Positions 43,141 through 57,584 of a stretch of 64,000 nucleotides of DNA are shown piece by piece. The stretch is from the human T2T-CHM13v2.0 reference genome, Homo sapiens. Positions within the stretch are counted from its first letter, which is position 1; every line of letters begins with the position of its first letter. Below the pieces are notes generated by a model. That model was not told where the DNA came from and made no database searches. It saw only the letters and a program-made list of their open reading frames with translations. Made by a program: the position numbers and the translations under genes. Location of the stretch: the NCBI RefSeq assembly GCF_009914755.1, contig NC_060925.1; one strand, 5' to 3'.

Positions 43141-43599
43141 TTCTTCAGTTTCATTTTCTCTTGTATATTTCAGTGTGTCTGGATTTCTCCCTTATCCAAA
43201 ACCACTGGGGGCTGAATAAGAATGTGGTCATTTGGGAGCCAGGAGGCCTGAGTCTTGGCCTCGTACGGGCATCAAACTCCTTCTGAAATGAGTATCTTTC
43301 CTCTCTAGGCTACACTAAGTGACATGTAAAACTATGCTATATGTAGAGAACTTGACTTGTTTTATTCACTAAAACTCCTGTTGGCAAAGCACCTGGCACA
43401 GAATAGACACACCGTTCACCTGACAAATAGTAGATGACTGCTACTGTATGCCAGCCAGCGGCTGGGGTGCTGGAGGTGCCTCCGTGACAAACCAGCCTCC
43501 AATGCGCCCCCTCATGGAGCCTGCTAGACAGACAGTAAACAATAACCAGTAAACGCAGCTCTGTTGATGGGGATAAGCACAACTCAGAAAGTAAAAGGG

Positions 43600-43800
43600 A
43601 GTCGAGATGGGGAGTATCAGGGGGATTTGTGATTTCAAATAAAGTGGTTAAGCGAGGCTCACTGGGAATGAGACATTTGAACAGAAACTTGAAAGGGGGC
43701 CTGGGAGTGAGCCACAAGACCACCTGGGGGAAGAGTGTTCCAGGAACAGCCTGTGCCGAGTCCCTGATGCAAGAATGGGCCACTGGAAATCTGAATGACT
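43600..43800 (-). mobile_element. L2 fragment
   Basis: gagacatttgaacagaaacttgaa...ggggaagagtgttccaggaacagcctgtgc. Confidence 0.65.
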
Positions 43801-44318
43801 GAATGAAAGAATGAATGCATCCTTGAGGCCAGGAACAGAGCAGATGTTCTATTTCTAGACATGTTCTATTAGACGTTCTATTGTATAGATAATGCCCTTG
43901 CATTGTCTTCAGACTAGCAAGGAATTCTGACAAGTAAGAAATTAGGATCCCCAGGAGACGATGCTCTGAGGCACCATTTCTGAGCCTTCCTATGAGCCGG
44001 GAGTGGACCAGGTGTTTGAGGTCTGCCCTCTGCCCAATCCTTCCCCGTCCGTACAGATTGGATGGTGTATGACATCCCCCTGTGCTTTCAAAGTCCATTA
44101 GTTTTTGTTCTAAGTAAAATGTCCAGAAATTTCCCTCCTAGAGTAGGCAGTAGAGCACACTTTGCCAGAGGCCAGACACTTCTGGGCAAAGCCTGTGTGG
44201 GGCACACAGCAGGTTCCTCCCAACCCTGCTACTATGTTTAAAATGTTCAACCACTGTGTATGAAAATCTTACCAAGGTAATGCTACACTCCCCTGCTTTC
44301 TAAAAACAGTTGATGCTG

Positions 44319-44592
44319 GGCCGGGCGCGGTGGCTCACGCCTGTAATCCCCACACTTTGGGAGGCCGAGGCGGGCGGATCACGAGGTCAGGAGATCGAGA
44401 CCATCCTGGCTAACATGGTGAAACCCCATCTCTACTAAAAATACAAAAAATTAGCCGGGCGTGGTGGCGGGCTGAGGCAGGAGAATGGCGTGAACACGGG
44501 AGGTGGAGCTTGCAGTGAGTGGAGATCGCACCACTGCACTCCAGCCTGGGCGACAGAGTGAGACTCTGTCTCAAAAAAAAAAAAAAAAAAAA
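44319..44592 (+). mobile_element. AluY with ~26-bp internal deletion
   Basis: TSD aaaacagttgatgctg on both sides; gtggtggcgg joined directly to gctgaggcag. Confidence 0.93.
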
Positions 44593-45029
44593 CAGTTGAT
44601 GCTGAACTTGTTCAACCCTTTCTTGATGTCTAGGATTGAGGACTACGTATCTCATTCATTTTGCCGGGATTTTATGGAGGAGCATCTTGGGGAGCATAGT
44701 AAGTCCATTTTCCCTCCCCTGCACTGAACAGATTTCTTGGTGTCTGAGAACAGCTGTGCAGTGGGAATATCACAGAGTCTTGAATTGCTCATTTCTTCCT
44801 TCCTTACATGTTGAGGGTCTATTATTCACTCACGCACAGTTAGGTACTAAGAATACAATGATGAACAAAACTCAACCACGCTCTGCCATCAGAGACCTTA
44901 CGGCCCCCTGGGGAGACCTGCCTTTATCAGACAGTCGCAGATGCATGAGAAACTGCCCGTGTGGGGGCCGGTGTGGGAACCTGACCAGGGCCATGTTGCC
45001 TCAAGAGGGCGACCACAGAAGCATCTCCA

Positions 45030-45185
45030 GAGCAGTGGTTCTCAACCCAGCTGCATGTTGGAATCACTGAAGAGCTTAAAAATACCTTGCCCAATCCTGC
45101 CCCAGAGATCCTGATGTCATGTCCTGGCATGCAGCCCAGGCCTCTCTGGGTGAATCTAGTGAGGAGCCGAGGCTACAGGCCACTG
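45030..45185. mobile_element. MER5B-like DNA transposon
   Basis: cagtggttctcaacccagctgcatgttggaatcac...ggccactg terminal inverted ends. Confidence 0.65.
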
Positions 45186-45897
45186 GGAAATGGGGTCTAC
45201 CCAGATTAGCTGGAGTAAACAAGAACAGAAGGGGAGAGATGGGCTGGGAGGGCAGTGCAGGCTGGACTTGATGTATCAAGGAACTTGGACTGCGTCCTGG
45301 GAGCCATGGGGTTTTGACAGGTTGCAGCAGGGGCGTGTCGTGGTCCGTTTTGCCTTTTGGGAAGACCGTCACACTTCTGTGGAACAGATGGGAGGGGAGC
45401 CAGTGTGGAAGTGAGAAGTCCAGTGAGGAAGGCGCCTTGCAGGACTCCAGGCGAGAGGTGGTCCCCGACAGTGGTAGAAGAGGAAGGAAGGCGGACTCGA
45501 TGGAGCCAGTGGCAGGTGACGTGTAGCAGGAGAGAGTGACGGAGGGACCGTGTTGAGTCTCAGGTCTCTGGCTTTCAGGGCACAAATGCAGTGCTGTTCA
45601 CCAAGAACAGGAGCAGGGTGGAGTGGCAGGCGTGAGGTGGGGTCATAATTTAAGTTCAGGAACTGATTTAAGGGGCCTTCTAGATGTCCAAGAGATGTCA
45701 CGTCAGTGCGTGAATGGAGTTCAAAGGCCAGATGTGGGCTGGGCGTGGGTGCCGGTGAGTCATCTGTGTGAGGCTGGCCGTGGACGCCAAAGCCACGGAT
45801 GCATCGCCTAGGGAGGGAGTCACCTGCAGAGATGACAGGCTGTGGTCCAGACCCCGTGTTCAGATCCTAATCTCACCAAGCATGACTCTGGGCAAGT

Positions 45898-46270
45898 TGT
45901 CTTAACAAAATTTGGGCTGCCATAACAGAATACCATGGACTAGGCGGCTTAAATGACAGAAATTTTTTTTTCACAGTTCTGGAGACTGGAAGTTCAAGAT
46001 TAGGGTACCAGCATGGTTTGGTTCTGGTCGAGGCTCTCTTCCTGGTTCGCAGACTGCCACCTTCTGTCTGTGTCCTCACATGACCTTTTTCGAGCACACG
46101 CATCTTCTTACAAGGCACAAGCACTAATCCCGTCATGAATGTCCCATCCTCATGACCTCATTAAACCCAGTCACTTCCTGAAGGTCCCACCTCTAAATAC
46201 AATCACATTGGGGGTTAGGGCTTCAGCATATGAATGGGGTGCAGGGGACACAAAGGTTCCATCTATAACA
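45898..46270 (-). mobile_element. MaLR solo LTR (MLT1A/MST-like)
   Basis: gggctgccataacagaataccat...cacagttctggagactggaagttcaagat...ttagggcttcagcatatgaat. Confidence 0.85.
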
Positions 46271-46546
46271 TTAGTTAACCTCTCTCAAGTTTGTCGACCT
46301 CTCAGGTTCCCCAAGGACGAAATTAAGCATGCATGGAACCCGGGACATCATGGCACATACATGGCCTGGCACATAGTATTTCCCTACCCTTGAACTTGCC
46401 CTCCTTTCCCGCTTCCAGGGAAGTGTCTGCTGTCTGCTACAGACTCTGTATTTGCCTCAATCTAACAGCTCTTTTCTTCCTCTTCTATTCATTTTGCTGC
46501 TTCTGATTGGCTGTGGACTTGTAAGCCATCGGCCGTATTCGTTTGA

Positions 46547-46904
<358 letters not shown>

Positions 46905-47014
46905 TGAAAGCTTGAGTTCTGTGTGACTTTGTGCTCCTTAGGGACAGGCTGCAGGCCCAGGCATGAATTTTAGTGCCTGCATGCAGTGAGCTTCTGTCAG
47001 AGTTTACAGATCTG

Positions 47015-47345
<331 letters not shown>

Positions 47346-47493
47346 TCAGACTTTCTACAACGTTCTAGGCTGTTCTCTGGATTGTGAAGGTTAAGGGGCC
47401 TCTGGATAAGTGAGGCACTGGCTCGTTAACGCTTACTTGCACAGTGACCATGCCATCACCATAACCCACAGGAAGCATCCTGTGACACTGTGC

Positions 47494-47507
47494 TCGCCCC
47501 CTGCTGG
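47494..47507 (-). promoter_or_regulatory. CTCF core motif CCAGCAGGGGGCGA
   Basis: Plus strand reads tcgccccctgctgg. Confidence 0.55.
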
Positions 47508-47909
47508 CTGATGGGGCATCCCCTCGTAACTGGAGGCAGTGCTGGGAGCGCACAGGCTGTCCTTGTGCCAGAGACTCTGGGCTCTGCCATCCCTGGACAG
47601 GGGCCGGGCCTGGGGAGGGTGTGTGGTCCTGAGACCATGTTTCCTCCACCTGCAAACCAGGGGCATCCCTCATGGCTGCCTCCACCCACCCACCCAATAT
47701 TTCCTGTACCAGGTCCTGTGCCTGGGGACACAGGGGATTCCACTGTCAGCAAGACTCAGTCCCTGCCCTCAAAGACATCCTCTTCTAGTGTTGAAGGAGT
47801 AAGCAACTCGACAGGCAAGGTGATTGCTGTGGGAAAAGCTGTGAGCAAAAGGCCCAGAAAGTCACAGAAAGACAGAAGGAAGACAGAAGGGAACTCCAAA
47901 GGCTATGGG

Positions 47910-48790
47910 AACAGGGCTGGGGTTGCCACTAAGGTGGGGAGGTCAGAGAAGGCCTCTTTCAGGAGACACTTAAGCTGAGACCCACAAGGTGGGAGGGAGC
48001 TGTGGGCAGAGGAGGGCAGGGCAGGGGAAAGCCAGGCAGGGAGCAACCAGGTAAGAAGAGCTTGGCCTGGCTGAGAGACAAGTGCACAGGGTGAACACAG
48101 AGTGCGTGAAGGGACTGGGAGGGTCGCAAGCAGGTGCACAGCACTCTGTGTGGGAAGGCTTGGGCCACTTTTGCACTGGGCAGTGATGTGGTCCAGTGTC
48201 GTGGTCATGTCCGGTGGTCCTTATAAAGGCCTCTCTTGTTGCTTAGTGGAGAATGGATTGGTGGTGGGGGGGAGGGTGCAGCGTCGAAGTGGGGACAGTG
48301 CAGTGGCAATTGCCACAGTCCCCGTGGAAGGTGTTGATGCCACAGGTTGTGCTGGGTGGTGGCAATGGGAGTGGAGAGAGGTGTGTGGACCTGGAGGCAG
48401 AATTAAGGGACCCGGAGATGGATCAGCTTGAGGGTAAGCACAGCGGGGGTCTCACAGGCCCCATGATCACAGCACACTGCTCGATGGTGTGCCTGCTTCA
48501 AATGTGTGTGGTTTCTAGGTCTATGGCCAATCCGAAGCAGCAAAATGAATAGAAGAGGAAGAAAAGGGCTATTGGGCTTTAGTTGTAACAACAACACGTT
48601 TGGCAGTGCCATTTCCTGAGAAGAGTGACAAGAGTCCAGTGTGGCTGGAGCCTGGTAGGGGCGGGAGCAAGGTGGGACCCTAGCATGTCCCACTTTGCCG
48701 TGTTAAAGTGAGATGCTCATTAGACATCCAAGTGGAGGGGCCCGGCAGGCAGTGGGTGTGCGGGTCTGGAGCCCTGCCCAGGAGTTTGAG
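47910..48790 (-). mobile_element. L2 remnant (fragmented)
   Basis: ggtcagagaaggcctctttcaggagacacttaagctgagac...gagatgctcattagacatccaagtggag. Confidence 0.6.
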
Positions 48791-49911
48791 CCAAAAGTCT
48801 GACCGAAGTGTCGACACAGAAGTCTTACCTGACATTCAGTCTTTAAGGACCAGTCAGGACCCTGGCTCACCTCCTGCTCCGATGCTTCCTGGGGTCACAC
48901 CCACTAGGAGCATCTCACATGTGCTGGATTCTTCCCAGAAAGCAAAGTGCTCTCAATCCTGGTCACCAAAATGCTTCCAGCCCTGCTCTCTGTTGGCAGG
49001 CTGGCAGGGACTGTCTCCATTTTACAGAGGGGGAAACCGAGGCTCCGAGGCCGAGCGACAGGGAGTGGCTTACCCTGGGCCATACAGTCAATGAGAATGA
49101 GGATTATTAGAGGCCACCCCCAGGTCTCCAGCGGCCATACTGCATCCTCCTGGGGTGATGACTTCTCCATATGAGTCCACCAACCGCAACTGCTGCAGTC
49201 ACGACACTGTGCTGATACCTACTGGAGTGCCAGGATGCCCTGCACGGAGACCTTTCTCCAAAGTTAATCATTACTGTAACCCCAAACTGGTCTTCCCGCT
49301 TTGCAGAAGATCAACCTGGAACTCAGACAGGTCCATGACTCACTGAGGTCACACAGCTAGTGGGTGGGAACCAAGAATCATGAGGCTCTGCGCTAACTGC
49401 TACTGTGCCCTGGAGAAGCACCCAATTCCGGAGCCTTGGTCTTCGGTATTTAACATCTCGGGGTTGGGGGCACTGTGCTCTCATGAGTTCTTTGACAGTG
49501 AAGCACTTCTTGATCAGGAAGGACAGTCCCCCACGACATCCTGTCCCCGTCCTAACAGGAAACACCCAATTAGTGACCTGGTGTTTCTTCAAAATGGTGG
49601 CCTAAGGAGCTGAAAGCCCAGGGCTCTGCTCGCCTGGGAAAGTCTCCATATCCGTCTGAGCCTCAGTTTTCTCATCCGTGAAAGGGGTATAAAAGCACTT
49701 GTTCTTCCTACCTCCTGGGCTGCTGGGAGGGTTCAGAGAGAAAACTGAGAAAGTCCTTGGGAGTCATGGAGGCCATGTTCATGTTGGCTGCCGTGGTCCT
49801 CCATTAGGCCAGGCAGTGGATGAGGGGTAGCAGAGGGGCCTCTGCCTTCAGGGGTTTTGCCCCCGACCTACTCGTTCCACCCAGATGGACGCCCTGAGCC
49901 GGGGAGGAGGC

Positions 49912-49925
49912 GCGCCCCCTGGTGG
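49912..49925 (-). promoter_or_regulatory. CTCF core motif CCACCAGGGGGCGC
   Basis: Plus strand reads gcgccccctggtgg, a perfect consensus match in a CpG-containing patch. Confidence 0.7.
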
Positions 49926-50617
49926 AGACGCTATGGTTGCTGCATCCGCAGGAGCCCAGGCGGAAGAGATGCTAAAGGGAGCGGAGACACACTGGCTGGC
50001 TAGAGAGGCCTGGGAGGTCGGGGTGTTATTTTTGTGTGATTGATCTGGCTTTTGGATACTTAACAGCAGAGAGAGGGAGAAGCTGGATACTGATGATGCA
50101 GGGCTTGTCTGTCTCCAAAGCTTCTGCTGGTCTTGCTACACCACTGTAGACATTTCCCTGGGAAGGGGGACATCGTAGGGAGGGGACCTGCTCTTTGCCA
50201 GCTCTGTTTCTTATTGCCCAACAGGACACAGGAGTCCATGTCTCCAGCAGCCTCCCAGCTGGCTGTCTCCTCCCAGGTTGGGTCTCCTGGGGCACCAGCC
50301 AGCTAGAATGGGGTTGGCGGGGGTGGCCACTAGCTGCCTTGGTGGCCCGTCAGGAGCACAGTTGTATGAAGCATGGGTCCTCCGTTTCCTCCTTAACTCT
50401 TGCACAGGCGAGTAGACTGAGCTGACCGTGGGCCTTGGCTGCACAGCGCAGGGGAGGAATTCAAACAGGGGCAGCCCTGACCTTGACAGAGAGCCAGGCC
50501 CTTGGGGGAGGCTCACTCGTGACAACAGCAGGTCTCTTAGTCTTGTCTAAGGCTTTTCTCCAGCACCTTCTACATTTGCTTGTCTGTTGATGCATTTGCT
50601 TATTTTAATATTGATTG

Positions 50618-50821
50618 AGGGCTCCCTTGCCAACATTGACACTGTCAGCATTTGGGGCTGGTTAAACCTTTGTTGCGGGGGCCTGTCCTGGGCACTGTAG
50701 GAGGTTTGGCAGCACCCCTGGCCTTACCTTCCAGATGCCGGTAGCAGCACCCTTCCCTCAGGTATGAAAGCCAACGATGTCTCCACACATTACCAAGTGT
50801 GTACCCTGATTGAGAACCACT
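50618..50821. mobile_element. MER20 (opposite orientation to the copy at 5956)
   Basis: catttggggctgg...tgtcctgggcactgtaggaggtttggcagcacccctggcc...ttgagaaccact. Confidence 0.8.
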
Positions 50822-51121
50822 CATGTGAGCTCTACCATGTGCCAGCTTTGAGCTGGACTCCATTCCCGCCTCCTGTTCCCGCAGGCAGAGCTGGCTCTGC
50901 AAACACCTGGAGCAGGTAGGGTTCCGGGCGTGTTTGTCCCTCCTGCTTTCCTACCTGCCCGGCCTCCCACCTCCTCTGACCTGGGCCGCCTTGTCCAGAG
51001 GCCTCCCTCACTTTCCATTCTTCCATCTAGAGAGGTAGACAGGTGACAGGCTCTTTGTGCCTCAGTTTCCTCATCTGTAAATTAGGGATAATAACAGTAT
51101 CCACCTGGGTAGGTTTTGTGA

Positions 51122-51561
<440 letters not shown>

Positions 51562-52535
51562 TGAACAGGACAAAGATCCTGACCTTGGGATCTCAGAGCT
51601 CATGAGAAAGGCAGACACTTATTCTGGGCTTTTAATTCAGGTGGGATGGGGACACCTAAGGGGCCTGTTGGAGGAACACCCCACCCAGGAGTTAAAGAAG
51701 GAAAGCTTCCTGGAGGAGGTAGCATCCCAGCTGGGCTATGAAAGAGAAGTACGAGTTAGCTGAGTGACGAAAGGAGAGGACTAATGGTGTGAGTTATCTA
51801 TCTTTTAAATAAATTTTTTAAAAGCCCTTCTGAAAAAATCAAATCCCATTTACTGGGGGCGGTGGTTGGGGGTGCTTTTCTGTACAAATAGTACAAAACC
51901 ATGCCCCCGAAATTCCTAGATTCACCTCTTTGGGAAGCCACGTCACCCCTGTGAGATACTCAGCATGGAAGTGCTTGGCACAGGATAGATGTGGAGTGTG
52001 GGGTTAAGGGCAATGGAGCTGCCTCCATTCCCCACAACCCAGCCCATGTGCAGGTGTGTTTGTACTTTGATAATAGTAACCTCCCCAGATGCTTTTTTCC
52101 TTATGGGTGTTGGGGCCTGGCAGGAGGGGAGAGCAGGGAGGCAGGTGGGGAAATGGAATCAGAGAAGGGCACAGCCGCTGTTCTGATGCAATCGGAGTCA
52201 TTCTGGCTCACCTGCATGTCCACTGGGGGTCACCAGACGGCACTGCCCATCATGGTGTCTCAGAACCAGCCCAATGGACACTCCTCTTGCCCGTGCTTCT
52301 GCGATCGCCTCCGAGGGGAGAGAATTGGTGGATGGGACATGGAGAAGTGCACATTGGTGGTTAAAGCTCATGTCCTATTAGCTGATGCCAGGCACCTGGC
52401 CTCAAGGTGTCCAGGAAGTGCAATCCTATCCTGGCCTGGGAAGTGGTGACCAGCACTAAGGAAGCCCCCCCAGCAATGTCTAGGGCACCGGGCTGGGCTC
52501 CTGTGACAATGTGTGTTGTTCCTCTTCCTGCACAG

Positions 52536-52656
52536 CTACAGCCTCCGCTTGGCGTCCCGATGCTCTCCACCAGCGGCCCCGTACATCACCAGGCAGTATA
52601 GGAAGGTCAAAGCTCCGGCTGCAGCCCAGTTCCAGGGACCATTCTTCAAAGAGTAG
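52536..52656 (+). CDS. PRDM2: PRDM2 exon 9 coding part: (S)YSLRLASRCSPPAAPYITRQYRKVKAPAAAQFQGPFFKE* (full-length RIZ1 C-terminus); exon extends to 52679
   Basis: Acceptor cctcttcctgcacAG ends at 52535, TAG is at 52654-52656 and donor CAG|GTACGA starts at 52680. Matches the recalled RIZ1 C-terminus. Confidence 0.94.
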
Positions 52657-52849
52657 ACACTCTGGCTGCTCCCTGACAGGTACGAGGCAGGATGGAACAG
52701 CTTCTGGCACTGTTTGGGTGGGTCAAGGGGGTGTGGGCTTGGGTCTTGGGTGGGGAGGGAAGGAGAGAAAGCAGTGGGTGTGATTGCTTGTGTGTACCAG
52801 GCACGGTGCAGGGCCTCCCTCCAGGAGGGCACTTAGCTGAGTGCAGACT

Positions 52850-53065
52850 CCGGACCACTTGTTTCACATCCCAGCTCTGCCACTTGCTGGCTACGAACTT
52901 CAAGCAAGTTACTTAGTCTTTCTGAGCCTCAGTTTCCACATGTGTACAGTGGGCACTACAATAGGACCTACTTTATAGGGTGATTGTGACAATTACGAGT
53001 GTCAAATGTGCGAAGCACCTAGAAGAGTGTCTGTCACATAGTAAGCACTAGGTAAGTCATTATTG
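52850..53065 (+). mobile_element. MIR
   Basis: cccagctctgccacttgctggc...tctgagcctcagtttccacatgtg...cacatagtaagcact. Confidence 0.8.
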
Positions 53066-53180
53066 GAGTAATAATGATAAAAATAGTAATTATACTCAGT
53101 TCTTAATTGCCTCAGAGGCATTAAGCCCAGAAAAGATGACCGAGTTCCTATTCTCACAATGTTTTTGAAAGTCAAAATAA

Positions 53181-53428
53181 TACAGGTGGAGTAACCCTAA
53201 TCCAAAAATCCAAAATCTGAAATGCCCCAAAATCTGAACCTGAGTGAGGACATTCAAAGGAAATACACTCGAAGGAAATGCTCATTGGAGCGTTTCAGGT
53301 TTCAGATTTTTGGATTAGGGATGCTGACCCAGCAAGTATGTAGTGCAAATATTCCAAAATCCAAAAAAAATCCAAAATCAAAAAATTTCGGGTCTCAAGC
53401 ATTTCAGACAAGGGATATGTAATCTGTC
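53181..53428. mobile_element. Tigger4a/MER46 (Zombi) MITE
   Basis: TA-caggtggagtaaccctaatccaaaaatccaaaatctgaaatgc...gatttttggattagggatgct...aagggatatgtaatctgt. Confidence 0.85.
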
Positions 53429-53826
53429 CTAATCCATAAAATATAAAACTCAGATTTATTTTGGACTAAAACAGCCTCTTCCTAGGTTTTCTGATGGTAA
53501 AAACCTGGAATTACTCTAAGATTTCTGTTGGATAAAAACATGGAAACCAGACTTTTCATTTTTGGAGTACCTGGATTCTGCTGGTGACCCACGAGCAGGC
53601 TTGGCCCTCCCTGTTGGTGACACCACACAACTGCATTCATTGTGTCCCCAAGGCCAGCATCTCAAAGTGATCAGAGGACCTCATACATCAGAAGATCTAG
53701 GATGCTTTTATAAATACAGACCTCAGAGTCCAGTTCCAAATGTACAAAATGGCCAAAAAGGCTCAAATCCCATTTACTGGACTATAGTACGAATAGGGCC
53801 AAACCCCATTAAAAAATCCCGAGTTC

Positions 53827-54056
53827 AGCCGGGCGCGGTCGCTCACACCTGTAATCCCAGCACTTTGGGAGGCCGAGGCAGGTGGATCACGAGATCAGGA
53901 GATCGAGACCATCCTGGCTAACACACTGAAGCCCTGTCTCTACTAAAAATACAAAAAAATTAGCCGGGCATGGTGGTGGGCGCCTGTAGTCGCAACTACT
54001 CAGGAGGCTGAGACAGGAGAATGGCGTGAATGCAGGAGGTGGAGCTTGCAGTGAGC
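53827..54056 (+). mobile_element. AluY, 3'-truncated (no A-tail)
   Basis: Alu body ends at ggagcttgcagtgagc; flanked by aaatcc(c/t)gagtt direct repeats. Confidence 0.9.
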
Positions 54057-54404
54057 AAATCCTGAGTTTACATCTCTGTGGGAAGTCACATCACCCCTAT
54101 GAGATGCCCAGCATGGAAGTGGTTGGCACAGGACAGATGTTGAATACGGGGTTAATGGGAGGGAGGGGACTGGCCACCACCCCCCACAGCCCTGCTTGTA
54201 TTGGTGGGTGGGTATTGATGGCACAGGCCCATCCTGGTGGGTGTGACCAGGGAACCTGCATTAGCAGATGGCCCCCTGGTTCTGGGACACGCGTAGGTTT
54301 GGGAATGTGTGCTTAACACGAGGCAGTGGTTAAAACACCAACCAGAGTCGTTTGGAATGAGAGTGTAGTTCAAGGCAAGAATGGGCTGAATTCTGAAACT
54401 CTGA

Positions 54405-54790
<386 letters not shown>

Positions 54791-55697
54791 TGTTTACTTC
54801 TCTCTTTCTTAAGCAGTTGGAGTTTCTGGCTTGGCTTTATTCCTCTGGGGTTTGGGGAGGGGAGCAAAAATAAAATCCACTCTTGCCCAGAGAGTCTGTG
54901 GTCTGCTGCTGGAATTGAACCTGTCTCTCTGGGGCCGGCTGCTCCCTGAGAGGGGAACCTGGAGACTTGACCCTGAGCTGGAGTCTCATGGAACAATGTT
55001 GAAATGGACTGTAAGATAGTACAGAGCTGGGAGGCCCTGGGAGAGGTACCTCCCATTTTACAGATGGAAAAATTGAGGCCCCAAGAGAAGAGACATAGGA
55101 CGTGGCTAGGGTCTTCTGGAAAGTGAGAGGCCATGCCAGGATGAACAATTCCGACTCTGGGAACCATTTGTGTCCAGCATCCTCCTTGCGGCCAAGGCTG
55201 CTACGTGAACCTTCTGTGTTGATGGGCACCCGGGACTTGCTTCCACCCCAGAGCAGGTGTTCTCTGCAGCCGGAGGGAGAGCCAGGTGCAGCTGGGCTGG
55301 CTTCCTAAACAGACTGGGCCATTTCTGTTGGCCACTGCAGGCTTGGCCATGACGAAGATGAAATGTATGTAGCATTTGCCAAGCCTTATGAATTTAGGCT
55401 CTGCCCCAGCACCAAGCACTGTCCTAGGTGATGGCCTTCTTTTTCCTTCTTTAAAAACATACAGTTTCCCAAGCGAAGCGATCAAATGAAGAGAGGCCTA
55501 ACGTCATTTGCCTCTGCATCTTGTGGTCTCTGTTTGCTCACCAACAACGAAGGCTCCAAACTCAGCAGTTTCGTGTAACTTGCTCCTTAAAATCTTCTGT
55601 AGCTTTTTTTCCATTTTTTAAATTGGTACTTACACCAAGCATGTGCTACTTATATTATTTTTAAAATAATTTTTAAAAAAAATCTCTTTATACTGTT

Positions 55698-56077
55698 TGC
55701 CTTAGTTAGCTCAGGCTGCTATCACAAAATACCACTGACTGTGTGGCTTAAATATTGAACAGAAATTTATTTCCTGATGGTTCTTGAGGCTGCAAGTACC
55801 AGATCAGGGTGCCACCATAGCCAGGTTCTGGTGAGGGCCCACTTCCTGGCTTGCAGACGGCCACCTCATTGCTGTGTCCTCACGTGGCGGGGGCCTGGGG
55901 GAGAGCAAGCTCTCTGGTGTCTCTTCTTAGAAGTCCACTCATCTCATCGTGAGCCCTGCTTCGTGATCTCATCTAAGCCTAATCACCTCCCAAAGGCCCC
56001 ACCTCCAAATACCATCACAGGGAGGGGTTAGGGCTTCAGCATAAGGGTTTTAGGGAGACACAGTTCAGTCCATAGCA
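55698..56077 (-). mobile_element. MaLR solo LTR (MLT1A0-like) with perfect 5-bp TSD
   Basis: TG...CA ends with ctgtt at 55693-55697 and 56078-56082. Confidence 0.88.
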
Positions 56078-57540
56078 CTGTTTAACATAGCTCCAGATTT
56101 ATGAAAATGCCACAGCAAAGTATTTTAGTTCAGGAAGGTGTGTGCAGGTCAAAGCCCTCATTTTACAGAGACGGAAACTGACACGGAGGGGCGTGTGGCA
56201 GAACTGGCATCAACACTCTGGTCTTCTGATTCCCGGGACGGATCTTCGACTTCTAATTGGGCCGTGCCTCCTTGCAAAACTGTGTGTGCATGTGGGTTTT
56301 GTTCAGAAAAAAGGATGGCCTTCTCGAAGGACCCATGGCTTTGGCTGCTTAGCCTGCTCTTGCCCATTCCGGATTCAAGGCTTCGTCACCCGTCTCCCGG
56401 ACAGTTTGAATGCAGCGAGAATGAACACAGAGGTGCTTGGTTTCTGGCAAGCCCTGCCTTTCACCAGCCTCTGTGGCACCCTCTTTACTGTGACTCACAC
56501 AAAGCCCAGAGGTTTCTGTTCACTTTTAAGTGCAGAAAAGTGCTGTACTGCCTAGTCTATAGGGAGGCTTCCTTTGCACATCCTGTCTTCACCCCGTGTC
56601 TTTCCTACCCCAGGGGTTCAGCGGGAGGCCCAGGGAAGGGACAGCCTCTCACCTGTTTGGCCACCATTGTGATCCTTCTCTCAGCTGTTGCTGCTCCTTT
56701 GGCTAAGACCAGCGGCCTCAGGGCCCTCTGTGGGCAGGATTTCTGACATGCGCTCCCTCCTGGGGTCCTGGGAGTGGGGGGTGTAGAGGTCGCCCATCCC
56801 GGCCCATCTCCCTTGTATGAGAGCTCCCCTCCACCTCAGGTCCAGCCCCCAGCTCCTGCTGCTGTGGCCTCCCCAGAGGGCTGCCCTCTCGGTGGGGGAC
56901 TGGCAAGATGGCTTCTTTAATGGATCCCACGTGACCCAGGGGAGACCCACACTTGCTGGCCACGCCAGGCCAAGGGAATACAGCCACTCCATAGCCGGCC
57001 CCGCCTCTGCTTCCTTTTCTTCCCCCTGCCCTGGCTCATGGGCACGGGCACACAGGCCAGTCTGCTGCATAAGCAGGCGTCCTCTGGGAAGGGATGCCTC
57101 CTCTCTTGAAGACATCCCACTCCCCTGCAAACAGCCCTTTCCAGCCCCATCGAGACATTTCAGGGAATTGAAATGAACATGCGTAGTGGTTAGGTGCACA
57201 GTGTCTGGAGCTATCCCTTCAGTGGCTACTTCACGCCTCTGTGTTTCAATTCACGCATCTGCGAAATGGGTTAATAATAATAATACCTCTCTCATGGGTT
57301 TGTTGAGAAGATTGCATAGGTTAGTGAATGAAAAACCCTTAGCAAAGTGCCTGGTATGCAATAAGCCTTCCATAAACAACTGGTATTATTATTATTATTA
57401 TTGAAATATTACATTATTAGTGGTAGTAATAATAATAGCAGTAGTTATTTTTAGTAATAGTAATGGTGACCAGGTCCACTGGGCAAGAGAACTGTATCCC
57501 TGAACTTGGCCCAGCCCAATTCAACCCAATGCAGTGAACA

Positions 57541-57541
57541 T

Positions 57542-57584
<43 letters not shown>

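Noticed and set aside
43337-44098. 253-aa minus-strand ORF
   Set aside because: It overlaps L2 remnants, has no recognisable domain and has no supporting exon structure.
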